NCBI GenBank assembly: GCA_965232535.1
Contig: CBDDPW010000023.1
Coordinates: forward strand, 736,798-800,797
Source: Candidatus Poribacteria bacterium
Lineage (GTDB): Bacteria > Poribacteria > WGA-4E > JAJDTR01
Length of the DNA: 64,000 bases
Direction of reading: 5' to 3'
Shown here: piece by piece, positions 38,168 to 47,167 of the stretch
How the letters are laid out: the number at the start of each line of letters is the position of its first letter
Position numbering within the stretch: position 1 is the first letter of the stretch
Program-made: the position numbers and the translations under genes
The notes under the pieces: generated by a model
Seen by the model: only the letters and a program-made list of their open reading frames with translations
What the model was told of the DNA's origin: nothing
The model's database searches: none

Positions 38168-39418
38168 TTGGGATGGCGGAAGATGAGACGTGGGGATACA
38201 ACGCATTCTCGATCGGCCGAACGTAAACAAGCGCCCGATATTTTGGTGACATCTCCTTCCCATTCAAACGCTCTCTTGAGCCAGCGGTCACGCAGCTTCC
38301 AAATCACCCTCACCTCATGGCTGCTGTCTCTGTTGTGTAACGTCTTGATTCTTTATCTTTTGACAATTCTCCCGCAACGCCACCCGGAGATTTCCGATGA
38401 TGCGCTACAGGTCGACATGATCAACGTCCCGACTGAACGGTCTCCCAAAGCGCGTGTTTCCCCACGTTCGAGATTGGCACGCTCCAGCCAGCCCATCAAA
38501 ATGACTCCACCACAGCAGCGCTCCACTCCGTCACCTGCCGTACCTCTCGTCACGTACGCACGTCCTAATGAACGAGTACTACACAAACCTAACCTATCAT
38601 CCCCCGACGAGACAATGCCGGTAGAGGACAATAAAATTAGCGTTGATTTGAACGCTCGCTTAACCGATGCCATTCCAAACGCATCTGTGCGTCCCAACGT
38701 ATCATCTGGACGAAAGAAAAGTCTCCCTGTTGACACTCCGGCTCGAAACGGGGGTTGGCTGGAGAAGCTTCGGGGAGAAATCGGAGCTCCGCCGCAGGCT
38801 CAGGTGAGCGGATCTGGCAGAGAAATACAAGGTCATTATAACGTTGCTACCGTGCAGCACGAGGATGCTGCCGATACTGTCCGAACCGAATTATTAAGCC
38901 GACTAGTTGATGCGATGAATCGCTGGACGAAAGTGCACACTAAACTTCTCCCGGGGGACACGCCATTAGCGGACCCGGAAATTCAGCGTATTCCACTAGT
39001 GTACATAACAGCGACAAGTGCATTCGCCTTTTCCGAACAGGAGCGTGCAAATCTGAAATCATACCTTCAAAATGGCGGGACACTCTTTTTTTCCGACCTC
39101 TCACAGGACTGGGGAAATAATGGCGCAATTGCAAATTCCATCCGCTTCGAACTATGGAAAATTTTGGATCTAAGGGCAGACCTACGTCCCGTCGAATCGG
39201 GCGAACCAATCTGCAGTAGTTTCTTTGAATTCAAGAAGGGACCGCCGCTGGTAGATAAGAAACGGGGACGATTCTATGTACTGCGACTGAATGGACGGAT
39301 TGCCGTGTTCTACGATGCGGCAGGGTTAGGCTTGAAATGGATGGAAAATGACGCCGACGAAAAGTGGATGCGGTGGGGAGTGAACCTGATTGTGCATACC
39401 CTTGCCTCTTGGAGATAA
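38168..39418 (+). CDS. Membrane-anchored protein with a Pro-rich spacer and a C-terminal DUF4159-like domain
   Basis: TM segment ITLTSWLLSLLCNVLILYLLTIL. P/S/R-rich region of ~120 aa. C-terminus IPLVYITATSAFAFSEQERANLKSYLQNGGTLFFSD...GRIAVFYDAAGLGLKW...RWGVNLIVHTLA resembles DUF4159. Start is uncertain. Confidence 0.6.
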   Translation: MGWRKMRRGDTTHSRSAERKQAPDILVTSPSHSNALLSQRSRSFQITLTSWLLSLLCNVLILYLLTILPQRHPEISDDALQVDMINVPTERSPKARVSPRSRLARSSQPIKMTPPQQRSTPSPAVPLVTYARPNERVLHKPNLSSPDETMPVEDNKISVDLNARLTDAIPNASVRPNVSSGRKKSLPVDTPARNGGWLEKLRGEIGAPPQAQVSGSGREIQGHYNVATVQHEDAADTVRTELLSRLVDAMNRWTKVHTKLLPGDTPLADPEIQRIPLVYITATSAFAFSEQERANLKSYLQNGGTLFFSDLSQDWGNNGAIANSIRFELWKILDLRADLRPVESGEPICSSFFEFKKGPPLVDKKRGRFYVLRLNGRIAVFYDAAGLGLKWMENDADEKWMRWGVNLIVHTLASWR

Positions 39419-39461
39419 CCACGTCAAATTCATAATCTTGACCTGATTCGGCAGGTCGAAA

Positions 39462-40208
39462 TTAGGAGAGCGCCATCTGGTGGGCTTTCGTGAAGCAGCG
39501 GCGTCGAACAATATGGACGACGATTGCAGTGCCGATTGCCGTGGACGCCACCAACATTAGCATTACAAGGATTTGATACTTAATGGCAGTCAGCGGTTGA
39601 GTACCCGACAAAATCTGACCTGTCATCATGCCCGGCAGCGAAACTAACCCAACTGTCATCAGCGCGTTGATAGAAGGTATCATCCCGGCTTTGATGACTG
39701 CCCGAAGAATGTCACCCGTCGCCTCCTGATACGTCGCGCCCAGACACAAAGCCAATTCGATAGTATCAGACTCTTTACGCAGGTCAGAGAAAAGTCTGTC
39801 CAAAGCGATTGATATGGCGTTCATGGAGTTGCCGATTATCATTCCGCCGAGCGGAATGAAATACTGTGGAGTATACCACGGCTTGACTTGTAGAATTGCC
39901 CCGGTGACGACAAAGGCGACGATCATGTAACTGACGACCATCGATACAAAAGTTGGTGCAAAAAGACGGACTTCTTTTTCTTTTGCCCGTCCGCTGATTG
40001 TCTGCGCCGCCCAGAAAATCATCCAAGTATAACAAAGAATCACGAGATACGGATTCTTGATGTCGAAGATGAACTTGAGGATGTATCCAACCAAAAATAG
40101 TTGGGCAAACGTCCGCACGGTTCCCCAGGCAAGGTCTTTCTCCAACCTCAATTTGAAAAGGAGAGATCCGACGCCGGCAACGACGACAAACACCAAGCAG
40201 AATACCAA
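39462..40208 (-). CDS. fetB: FetB/YbbM-family (UPF0014) ABC-type iron-export permease
   Basis: Collinear with E. coli FetB as I remember it (LVGYILKFIF, GLVSLPGMMTGQILSG, AIKYQILVM). TTG start. Confidence 0.8.
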   Translation of the reverse strand: MVFCLVFVVVAGVGSLLFKLRLEKDLAWGTVRTFAQLFLVGYILKFIFDIKNPYLVILCYTWMIFWAAQTISGRAKEKEVRLFAPTFVSMVVSYMIVAFVVTGAILQVKPWYTPQYFIPLGGMIIGNSMNAISIALDRLFSDLRKESDTIELALCLGATYQEATGDILRAVIKAGMIPSINALMTVGLVSLPGMMTGQILSGTQPLTAIKYQILVMLMLVASTAIGTAIVVHIVRRRCFTKAHQMALS

Positions 40209-40225
40209 CTGGAGCGGAGTAATCT

Positions 40226-40900
40226 CTATGATATGGATGCGGATACCTCTTCTAGCCTGTCAGGTTGGAGGAGAAATCTTCGTGAATTTGCCCGGCTGAG
40301 CGTAAAATCAAGATGAGTTACTAATACAATGCTTATTCCATGCTCGACGTTCAGTCGCTCCAAGGAATCTTCAACAATCTCCTTTGACTGTTGGTCAAGC
40401 GCCGATGTTGGTTCATCGCACAGAAGGATTTTAGGGCTGACGAGCAACGTGCGAATCAAGGCAATTCGCTGTTTTTGACCCACGGACAGTTTCATTGCGT
40501 CATCACTCAATTTAACGCCTTCAAGTAGAAACGTCTCCATCCACATCTGTTATTCATCCAAGCTGGGCAACTTCTGTGCACCGGTCGAGTGGAATTGGAA
40601 TGGGAAATTAAAATTGTCCTCCACCGAGCCGGGAATCATTATAGGAGTTTGTTGAACATAGCCGATGTTACGTCTCAATGAAGTGACTTCATATGTCGCA
40701 ATCAGCTGGTCATCAATCAGAATCTCCCCCGATGTAGCTTCTTGCAACCGATTCATCAGGCGCAATAAACTGGACTTGCCGACTCCTGACGCTCCCTGAA
40801 CGAGGATGAATTCCCCTGACTCCAGGGCGAGATTTATACCCTGAAACAGAAGTGGTTTCTTATCGTGTTGCAAAGACACGTTTCTCAATTCGATTCGCAT
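40226..40900 (-). pseudogene. fetA: FetA/YbbL-family ABC ATPase interrupted by one in-frame TAA (two ORFs in the same frame)
   Basis: ORFs 40550-40900 (Walker A GASGVGKSS) and 40226-40546 (signature LSVGQKQR, Walker B ILLCDEPTSALD) are in one frame. The reverse strand reads ...CCC AGC TTG GAT GAA TAA CAG ATG TGG.... The combined length of 225 codons equals my recollection of E. coli FetA. Confidence 0.75.
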
Positions 40901-40993
40901 ATCGAGTTAAGGGACTGTCCTGCTGTGAAGTGTAGAAAACGTCCTGGAATCGCCTTGCGTTTTCTCGTACCTCGATTCACAATCCGCACACAA

Positions 40994-42010
40994 TTAAAAA
41001 CCTCGTCCGCTTGCTTCAATGAAAGGTTGCAATTCGTCAACCAACTGTAAGAATGTGTCTGGGTTGAGCGACTGTGCGCCATCCGAAAGCGCTTTATCGG
41101 GATTCGGATGCATTTCGATCATTAGCGCATCCGCTCCCGCTGCGACTGCCGCTTTTGCCATGGGTGGAACAAATTCCGAATCTCCGGTCCCGTGGCTCGG
41201 ATCCGCGACGATAGGCAAGTGACTCATTTTCTTGATTACGGGAATTGCATTCAGGTCGAATGTGTTGCGGGTTGCTGTTTCAAACGTGCGAATGCCCCGC
41301 TCGCACAGTAGCACATTGTAGTTACCCCCGGAGAGAACGTATTCGGCTGAAAGCAAGAGTTCGTCCACTTTGGACATCATGCCGCGCTTAATCATGACCG
41401 GCTTCTTTGTTTTTCGCAGGCGTGACAGGAGCCCGTAGTTCTGCATATTCCGAGCTCCAATCTGAATGATGTCGGTATATTTCTCCACAAGCTGCAAATC
41501 GTAACTATCTAGCAGTTCGGTGATTATCAACAACCCGGTCTTGTCTCGTGCTTCGGCGAGGTATTCCAGTCCTTCCTCACCAAGTCCCTGAAAACTATAC
41601 GGAGACGTGCGCGGTTTGAAAGCGCCGCCCCGCAGAATCTGCGCACCGGACTCCTTCACGGTTTCGGCTGCTTCCAGGATTTGCTCGCGGCTTTCGACCG
41701 AGCATGGTCCCGCCATCAAGATTAACCGATCGCCGCCAATCTCAAGATTGCCGATACGAATAACACTTCGCTCCGACCTATATTCCCTGCCCGACAACTT
41801 ATACGGTTCAAGAATTGGCACAACTTTATCAACCGCGTGCATTGACTCCAGCTGCTGAAGTTCATACTTGCCGCGCTCATCCCCGATTGCCGCAATGACT
41901 GTGCGTTCCGTTCCCTGAATGGGGTGAGGGGTGTACCCAAGCTCCTCAATTCTGGCAATGACGGCATCAATGTATCTCTGCTCCGCCTCTGCGCTCATAA
42001 CGATGACCAC
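40994..42010 (-). CDS. 3-deoxy-7-phosphoheptulonate (DAHP) synthase, type I-beta, with an N-terminal ferredoxin-like regulatory domain
   Basis: 338 aa. Collinear with the Thermotoga-type DAHPS as I remember it ([56 protein letters not shown]). Confidence 0.88.
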   Translation of the reverse strand: MVIVMSAEAEQRYIDAVIARIEELGYTPHPIQGTERTVIAAIGDERGKYELQQLESMHAVDKVVPILEPYKLSGREYRSERSVIRIGNLEIGGDRLILMAGPCSVESREQILEAAETVKESGAQILRGGAFKPRTSPYSFQGLGEEGLEYLAEARDKTGLLIITELLDSYDLQLVEKYTDIIQIGARNMQNYGLLSRLRKTKKPVMIKRGMMSKVDELLLSAEYVLSGGNYNVLLCERGIRTFETATRNTFDLNAIPVIKKMSHLPIVADPSHGTGDSEFVPPMAKAAVAAGADALMIEMHPNPDKALSDGAQSLNPDTFLQLVDELQPFIEASGRGF

Positions 42011-42840
42011 TAGTCCTATCTCCTGTGTGTTTTAAGTGTAGGTTGTGGATGGTTCATTCAATAGAGCTGAAATCCCTGTGTCCTGGGTTTCCAACGTTGA
42101 GATTAGCGCACTCCGCTTCAATCGCAGTAAAATTATTGAGTTTTCAAACAGGACCTTGGTAAATACTACACAATCGAGTGATTTTAATCAACAATCCCTG
42201 TTACCAACTTTACGATTTTTTGCCGTTTCGCGATTCATCAACTTTTAATGGTCGTCAATTCGAAGATGAAATCCCCAGCAGCATAGATCCAATCGATTAA
42301 ATACACCTGCGAAGGAAGAAGTATCGGCGGCCATAGTATTTACAACTCAGAATGTGGCATTTCTTTAGGAACCAATCGACCGAACAGTGAGGGATTAACT
42401 GAGTGGACAACGAAGGCGATGGTTAATCCCGAGAGTAAATCCTGTATGATAGAGTTCCTTCTCCCCGGCGCGACTTCCAGTTGTGAGTGAAACTCGCTTC
42501 AACAGTGGTCTTGCCGCAACTCTATCCAGTCTCCAATTTTTCCTTTTGCGCACTACCGACTATCCCGTTTTCTCCAAACCGTAATATGGGTGAATCTGCC
42601 CTGAATTCCTATAGTGTTAAAGAATAACACATGTGTCCACGGATTTACAAGAACGGGCAGGCTCGTGTGCAGGCAGGGGAAACGCATCTGATTCAACGGA
42701 TAAGGGTTTTCATAGAGCGCGTGTTTTGGGTAGGAGGAGTTCCCACCAATTCCCGATTCCCAACACAAAAGGTTGTCCGACTGCCCTAGCTATCGGCTTG
42801 ACAACCTCGGGCATTCCCAGTTATCTAGTCGCGTATAGTC

Positions 42841-43077
42841 GCGTAGGTTGGGTTGAACGGATAATCACGAGTCCGTGTCAGTACCAGAAGAAAATCCGCT
42901 TTACAACAACACTGTCTTGCGGGTAGCGTGAGTGAAACCCAACACCCACGAATCTTGAACTGCGTCACCGTTGGGTTTCACTATGCTTTGTGGGTAGTGA
43001 GCGCGATTAAACGTCAGGACTAGGTGCATCGTAGGGCGTTTCTTGGGAGGTGACGTTCAACCCAACTCAACCTACGG
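42841..43077. repeat. About 237-bp element bounded by inverted repeats (gtaggttgggttgaacg / cgttcaacccaa[ctcaa]cctac) with a nested inner inverted repeat; MITE-like or structured RNA
   Basis: Outer arms at 42843-42859 and 43054-43075. Inner arms agtgaaacccaac (42931-42943) and gttgggtttcact (42970-42982). Read directly from the sequence. Confidence 0.5.
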
Positions 43078-43267
43078 ATTACTGCTGAAAAAATCAGGTG
43101 CGTTTCCCCTAACATGGTGTGCGAACTTGGACACACTTCAAAGTCGGTGTATCCGGAGTATAATTCTCCTTTCGGGTGTTAAATCAAGGCAGGTAACTCT
43201 GTAGAATTATCCACACCTGAGCGCATTGTGTACAATTCCCTGGACTCGGCACATCCATTCTTTTAAC

Positions 43268-43296
43268 TTGACTTTCGGGACTGATTTTGCTACAAT
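43268..43296 (+). promoter_or_regulatory. Near-consensus sigma70-type promoter, about 390 nt upstream of citrate synthase
   Basis: TTGACT-N17-TACAAT (spacer counted as 17). Confidence 0.45.
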
Positions 43297-43687
43297 AGAA
43301 TTGAGTTAACGCCGAATTCAAAGTACGTAAATGCACTGTCGCGACAGAATTGAATTTATTTTATAGAGCCTGCCGGAATACGGTCCATCCAAAGGTAGCC
43401 CATGCCTTCCCTGATTTCCTCGCAAAGTCGGTGCGTTACGAGCATTCGGGACGCCCAAATCTAGAACATGCACTTTGTTTGTCGCCAATGTAAAATCCAT
43501 GGTAAAAGGATTGTTATGTTGGATTAGAAATAGCCGGGCGAGATCACCGCAGAGGACAATTCCGGTCAAACTTGCCGTGCCACGTTTTCGGAACCATCTC
43601 CGGCAATTTACCAAGTTTGCTGGGAAACCGCGCACTTATGAATAAGGAATTGTTTTCACGCGCCGTGTCGGCCGTAGGAGGGGTTGC

Positions 43688-44836
43688 ATGCCACATGAAT
43701 TTGTACCCGGTCTTGAAGGGGTACCGATCGCTGAATCCGCAATCAGTTTTGTCGATGGGCTAAAGGGAGTCCTGGAATACCGGGGCATCCGCATAGAAAA
43801 TCTTGCCGAACACAGCACGTATGAGGAAACTGCTCATCTGTTGCTCAAAGGCGATTTGCCGGATCAAGCAGCGCTTGGCAGTCTAATCCATGAGTTGGCT
43901 AACCACCGAAGGCTCGAATCCCAAATCATTGATCTACTTAAATGCTTGCCCGAATACGGACATCCCATGGATGCCCTGCAAGCCGCAATTGCAGCCTTGG
44001 GCATGTTTCATCCTGCGAGGGATGTCACCAAGGACGCGGAAAACCACCTTTCTTGTATTCGCTTGATTGCCAAGCTTCCTTCCATCGTTAGCGCATTTGA
44101 GAGGTTCCGAAACGGTGCTGAAATTCTTTCCCCTCGAGACGACCTTGGACATGCCGCCAATTTCTTGTACACGCTTACGGGGGTAGAGCCTGATCATGTA
44201 AGCGTAAAAGCACTTGACGTGTGTCTAATATTGCATGCCGACCATACGATGAATGCCTCAACGTTTAGCGGGCGTGTCACAGGATCGACGTTGGCGGATC
44301 CGTACACGGTAGTCAGTTCGGCGGTCGGCACGCTGTCAGGACCATTACACGGCGGTGCGAACGAGCAGGTGCTTGATATGCTCCATGAGATTGGATCGGT
44401 TCAAAACGCGGAATCCTACATTGAGAACAAGATGGCGAACAAAGACCGAATCATGGGCTTTGGGCACCGTGTGTATAAGACGAAAGACCCGCGCGCAATT
44501 ATCCTGAGACGCCTGGCAGACGAAATGACTGAGGAGCATGGCTCAACCGAGCTGTACGAGATTGCTTTGAGGGTCGATGAAATCGTCACCGAAAGGTTGG
44601 GTGAGAAGGGAATATTTGCAAATGTTGATTTTTACTCGGGTATCGTGTACGATGCTCTGGGGATCCGGCCCGACGCTTTTACTCCAATCTTTGCCATGGG
44701 GCGAGTCGCTGGATGGCTTGCACACTGGTTGGAACAGCTAATCGACAATCGAATCTTTCGACCGACCCAAATATACGCAGGGAAACACGACATTCCATAC
44801 CGTCCGGCGGAGCAGCGCGGCGGAAAATCAAGCTAG
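43688..44836 (+). CDS. gltA: Citrate synthase (small, ~380-aa type)
   Basis: GLEGVPIAESAISFVDG, HADHTMNAST, GPLHGGANE and GFGHRVYKTKDPRA. AGGAGG Shine-Dalgarno sequence. Confidence 0.92.
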   Translation: MPHEFVPGLEGVPIAESAISFVDGLKGVLEYRGIRIENLAEHSTYEETAHLLLKGDLPDQAALGSLIHELANHRRLESQIIDLLKCLPEYGHPMDALQAAIAALGMFHPARDVTKDAENHLSCIRLIAKLPSIVSAFERFRNGAEILSPRDDLGHAANFLYTLTGVEPDHVSVKALDVCLILHADHTMNASTFSGRVTGSTLADPYTVVSSAVGTLSGPLHGGANEQVLDMLHEIGSVQNAESYIENKMANKDRIMGFGHRVYKTKDPRAIILRRLADEMTEEHGSTELYEIALRVDEIVTERLGEKGIFANVDFYSGIVYDALGIRPDAFTPIFAMGRVAGWLAHWLEQLIDNRIFRPTQIYAGKHDIPYRPAEQRGGKSS

Positions 44837-44850
44837 AATGAGGAACAATA

Positions 44851-46101
44851 GTGATAGAATTTGACAAACTTCAAGTGCCTGCTGAAGGCGAAACTATCGG
44901 TAAAGTAAACGGACGGTTAGAGGTGCCGAGTCAGCCGATAATTCCGGTCATTGAAGGCGATGGTATCGGTCGTGATATCATGAAAGCCACGCGCCGGGTG
45001 ATCGACGCCGCAATTGAATCAGCATATGGAAACGAAAAACGTATCGTGTGGTTTGATGTTTATGCCGGCGAAAAAGCACATGCCGAATATGGCGAATGGC
45101 TGCCGCAAGACACCTTCAATGCTATCAAGCATTTTCGTGTTGCCCTGAAGGGCCCATTGACAACGCCGGTGGGTGGCGGATTTCGAAGCTTAAACGTAAC
45201 ACTGCGCCAGGTATTGGACCTGTATGCCTGTGTTCGTCCGGTGCGCTATTTTCAAGGTGTGCCAGCTCCTGTGACTCACCCCGAAAACATGAACGTCGTG
45301 ATTTTCCGTGAGAATACCGAAGATGTGTACGCTGGCATCGAGTGGGCGAAAGGAACACCCGAAGCAAAAAAGGTGATTGACTTTCTTCACGCCGATATGG
45401 GCGTGGCGGTACGTGAAGATTCCGGGATCGGCATTAAACCCATTAGTGTATTCGGTACAAGCCGTCTTGCGCGGATGGCGATTCAGTACGCTATCGACCA
45501 CAACCGTTCTAGCGTCACCTTTGTCCACAAAGGCAATATCATGAAATTCACCGAGGGTGCCTTCCGCGATTGGGGTTATCAGGTTGCGGAGAATGAGTTC
45601 ATTGATGCGACAATTACTGAAGACAATCTCTACGACAATCATGGTGGGAAAGCCCCGGATGGCAAAATTGTCGTCAAGGATCGAATTGCCGACAGCATGT
45701 TACAGCAAATTTTGACACGAACCGCCGAATATGATGTGATTGCTACGCCAAACCTGAATGGCGACTATCTCTCCGATGCTTGCGCGGCGCAGGTTGGCGG
45801 CATCGGGATGGCGCCAGGCGGGAATATCGGAGATGAGACGGCACTCTTTGAGGCAACTCACGGCACCGCCCCCAAGTATACCGATAAAGATGTCGTCAAT
45901 CCGAGTTCGTTGATTCTCTCCGCCGTAATGATGCTTGAACATCTCGGTTGGCAAGAGGCGGCAGACTTGGTCATCCATGGGCTTGAACACACAATTCTAC
46001 AAAAGCGTGTGACTTATGACCTTGAACGGCTGATGGACGGCGCGACGAAGGTGCGCACGTCTGAGTTTGGTACTGCAATCATCGAAAATTTCACGGCTTG
46101 A
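44851..46101 (+). CDS. icd: NADP-dependent isocitrate dehydrogenase
   Basis: 416 aa. [42 protein letters not shown] and GTAPKY. Confidence 0.92.
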   Translation: MIEFDKLQVPAEGETIGKVNGRLEVPSQPIIPVIEGDGIGRDIMKATRRVIDAAIESAYGNEKRIVWFDVYAGEKAHAEYGEWLPQDTFNAIKHFRVALKGPLTTPVGGGFRSLNVTLRQVLDLYACVRPVRYFQGVPAPVTHPENMNVVIFRENTEDVYAGIEWAKGTPEAKKVIDFLHADMGVAVREDSGIGIKPISVFGTSRLARMAIQYAIDHNRSSVTFVHKGNIMKFTEGAFRDWGYQVAENEFIDATITEDNLYDNHGGKAPDGKIVVKDRIADSMLQQILTRTAEYDVIATPNLNGDYLSDACAAQVGGIGMAPGGNIGDETALFEATHGTAPKYTDKDVVNPSSLILSAVMMLEHLGWQEAADLVIHGLEHTILQKRVTYDLERLMDGATKVRTSEFGTAIIENFTA

Positions 46102-46144
46102 TTAGATTCTGGATCTGCTGAACTCTTTCTGAATGGAGGAACGC

Positions 46145-47071
46145 GTGGGTAGAAAGAAAATTAGCGTAATTGGGGCGGGAAACGTCGGCGCGACAGCTGC
46201 ATTCCTAATTGCTCAAAAGCAACTTGGCGATGTTGTTATGGTAGATATTATCGACGGCGTTCCGCAGGGAAAAGCCCTCGATATGGGACAAACAGCTCCA
46301 ATTGAGGCATTTGACTCGAACATCACGGGAGCAGTTGATTTTGACGCTACTTCCGGGTCGGATCTGGTGATTATCACGTCGGGCTCTCCTCGAAAACCGG
46401 GTATGACGCGCGAAGACCTATTGCAAACGAACGCCAACATTGTCGGGAGCGTCACGGAAAATGTGGTGAATCGCTCGCCGGACTGCGTCATCGTGATGCT
46501 GACGAACCCTCTCGACATTATGACCTACCATGCGTGGAAGGTTTCGGGATTTCCCGCCCACCGCGTCGTCGGACAAGCAGGTGTCCTTGACTCGGCGCGA
46601 TTCCGTTATTTTATTTCGCTCGAATTGGGAGTATCCGTCGAGGACATTCACGCCCTTGTTCTTGGGGGACACGGCGATACCATGGTACCACTTCCTCGCT
46701 ATACGACGGTTAACGGTGTTCCAATTACGCAGCTTATTCCTGCTAACCGAATTGACGAGATGGCGCAACGGACTCGTGATGGCGGCGCCGAAGTCGTCGA
46801 TTTGCTGAAAACGAGTGGTTATTACGCTGCAGGTGCGTCGCTCGCCGAAATGACGGAAGCCGTTATCCTCGATAAGAAACGTCTACTCCCTTGCTCGGCG
46901 TATCTTACGGGGCAATACGGTATCGACGACCTGTATATTGGCGTTCCGATAAAGCTTGGAGGCGGCGGCGTTGAACAGGTAATCGAAATCGACCTGACGG
47001 ATGACGAGCTTCAAGCGTTACAAACGTCTGCCAATACGTATCGTGAGGGCATTGCCTTACTCGGAAAGTAA
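46145..47071 (+). CDS. mdh: Malate dehydrogenase (LDH-like MDH family)
   Basis: KKISVIGAGNVGATAAF, GSPRKPGMTREDLL and GGHGDTMVPL. I prefer the GTG at 46145 (GGAGGA just upstream) to the track ATG at 46133. Confidence 0.9.
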   Translation: MGRKKISVIGAGNVGATAAFLIAQKQLGDVVMVDIIDGVPQGKALDMGQTAPIEAFDSNITGAVDFDATSGSDLVIITSGSPRKPGMTREDLLQTNANIVGSVTENVVNRSPDCVIVMLTNPLDIMTYHAWKVSGFPAHRVVGQAGVLDSARFRYFISLELGVSVEDIHALVLGGHGDTMVPLPRYTTVNGVPITQLIPANRIDEMAQRTRDGGAEVVDLLKTSGYYAAGASLAEMTEAVILDKKRLLPCSAYLTGQYGIDDLYIGVPIKLGGGGVEQVIEIDLTDDELQALQTSANTYREGIALLGK

Positions 47072-47167
47072 ATGTTCGGCTGTAAGAGATTGTAGTTTAG
47101 AACTGCGCACACTATCGTAAATGGAATTCGGGCAGTAGTGTCAAGTCACGGAGGTTGGAGAGCAAGA

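Noticed and set aside
40547-40552. In-frame stop in fetA as selenocysteine, pyrrolysine or alternative-code recoding
   Set aside because: The codon is TAA, not TGA or TAG. No other gene in the window shows in-frame stops, so a reassigned code is not supported.
42798-42826. TTGACA-N17-TTATCT as a promoter driving the 237-bp inverted-repeat element
   Set aside because: The -35 hexamer is perfect, but the -10 matches the consensus at only 2-3 of 6 positions. That is too weak to call.
42841-43077. Possible integron attC site (GTTGAAC ... GTTCAAC)
   Set aside because: The order of the core motifs is opposite to attC (RYYYAAC ... GTTRRRY). No intI integrase or cassette structure is present, and the element is longer than typical attC sites.
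43318-43635. 105-aa minus-strand ORF in the gltA upstream region
   Set aside because: It has a GTG start without a Shine-Dalgarno sequence, an Arg-rich unstructured N-terminus and no recognisable family. I left it as possible but unsupported. A homology search could overturn this.
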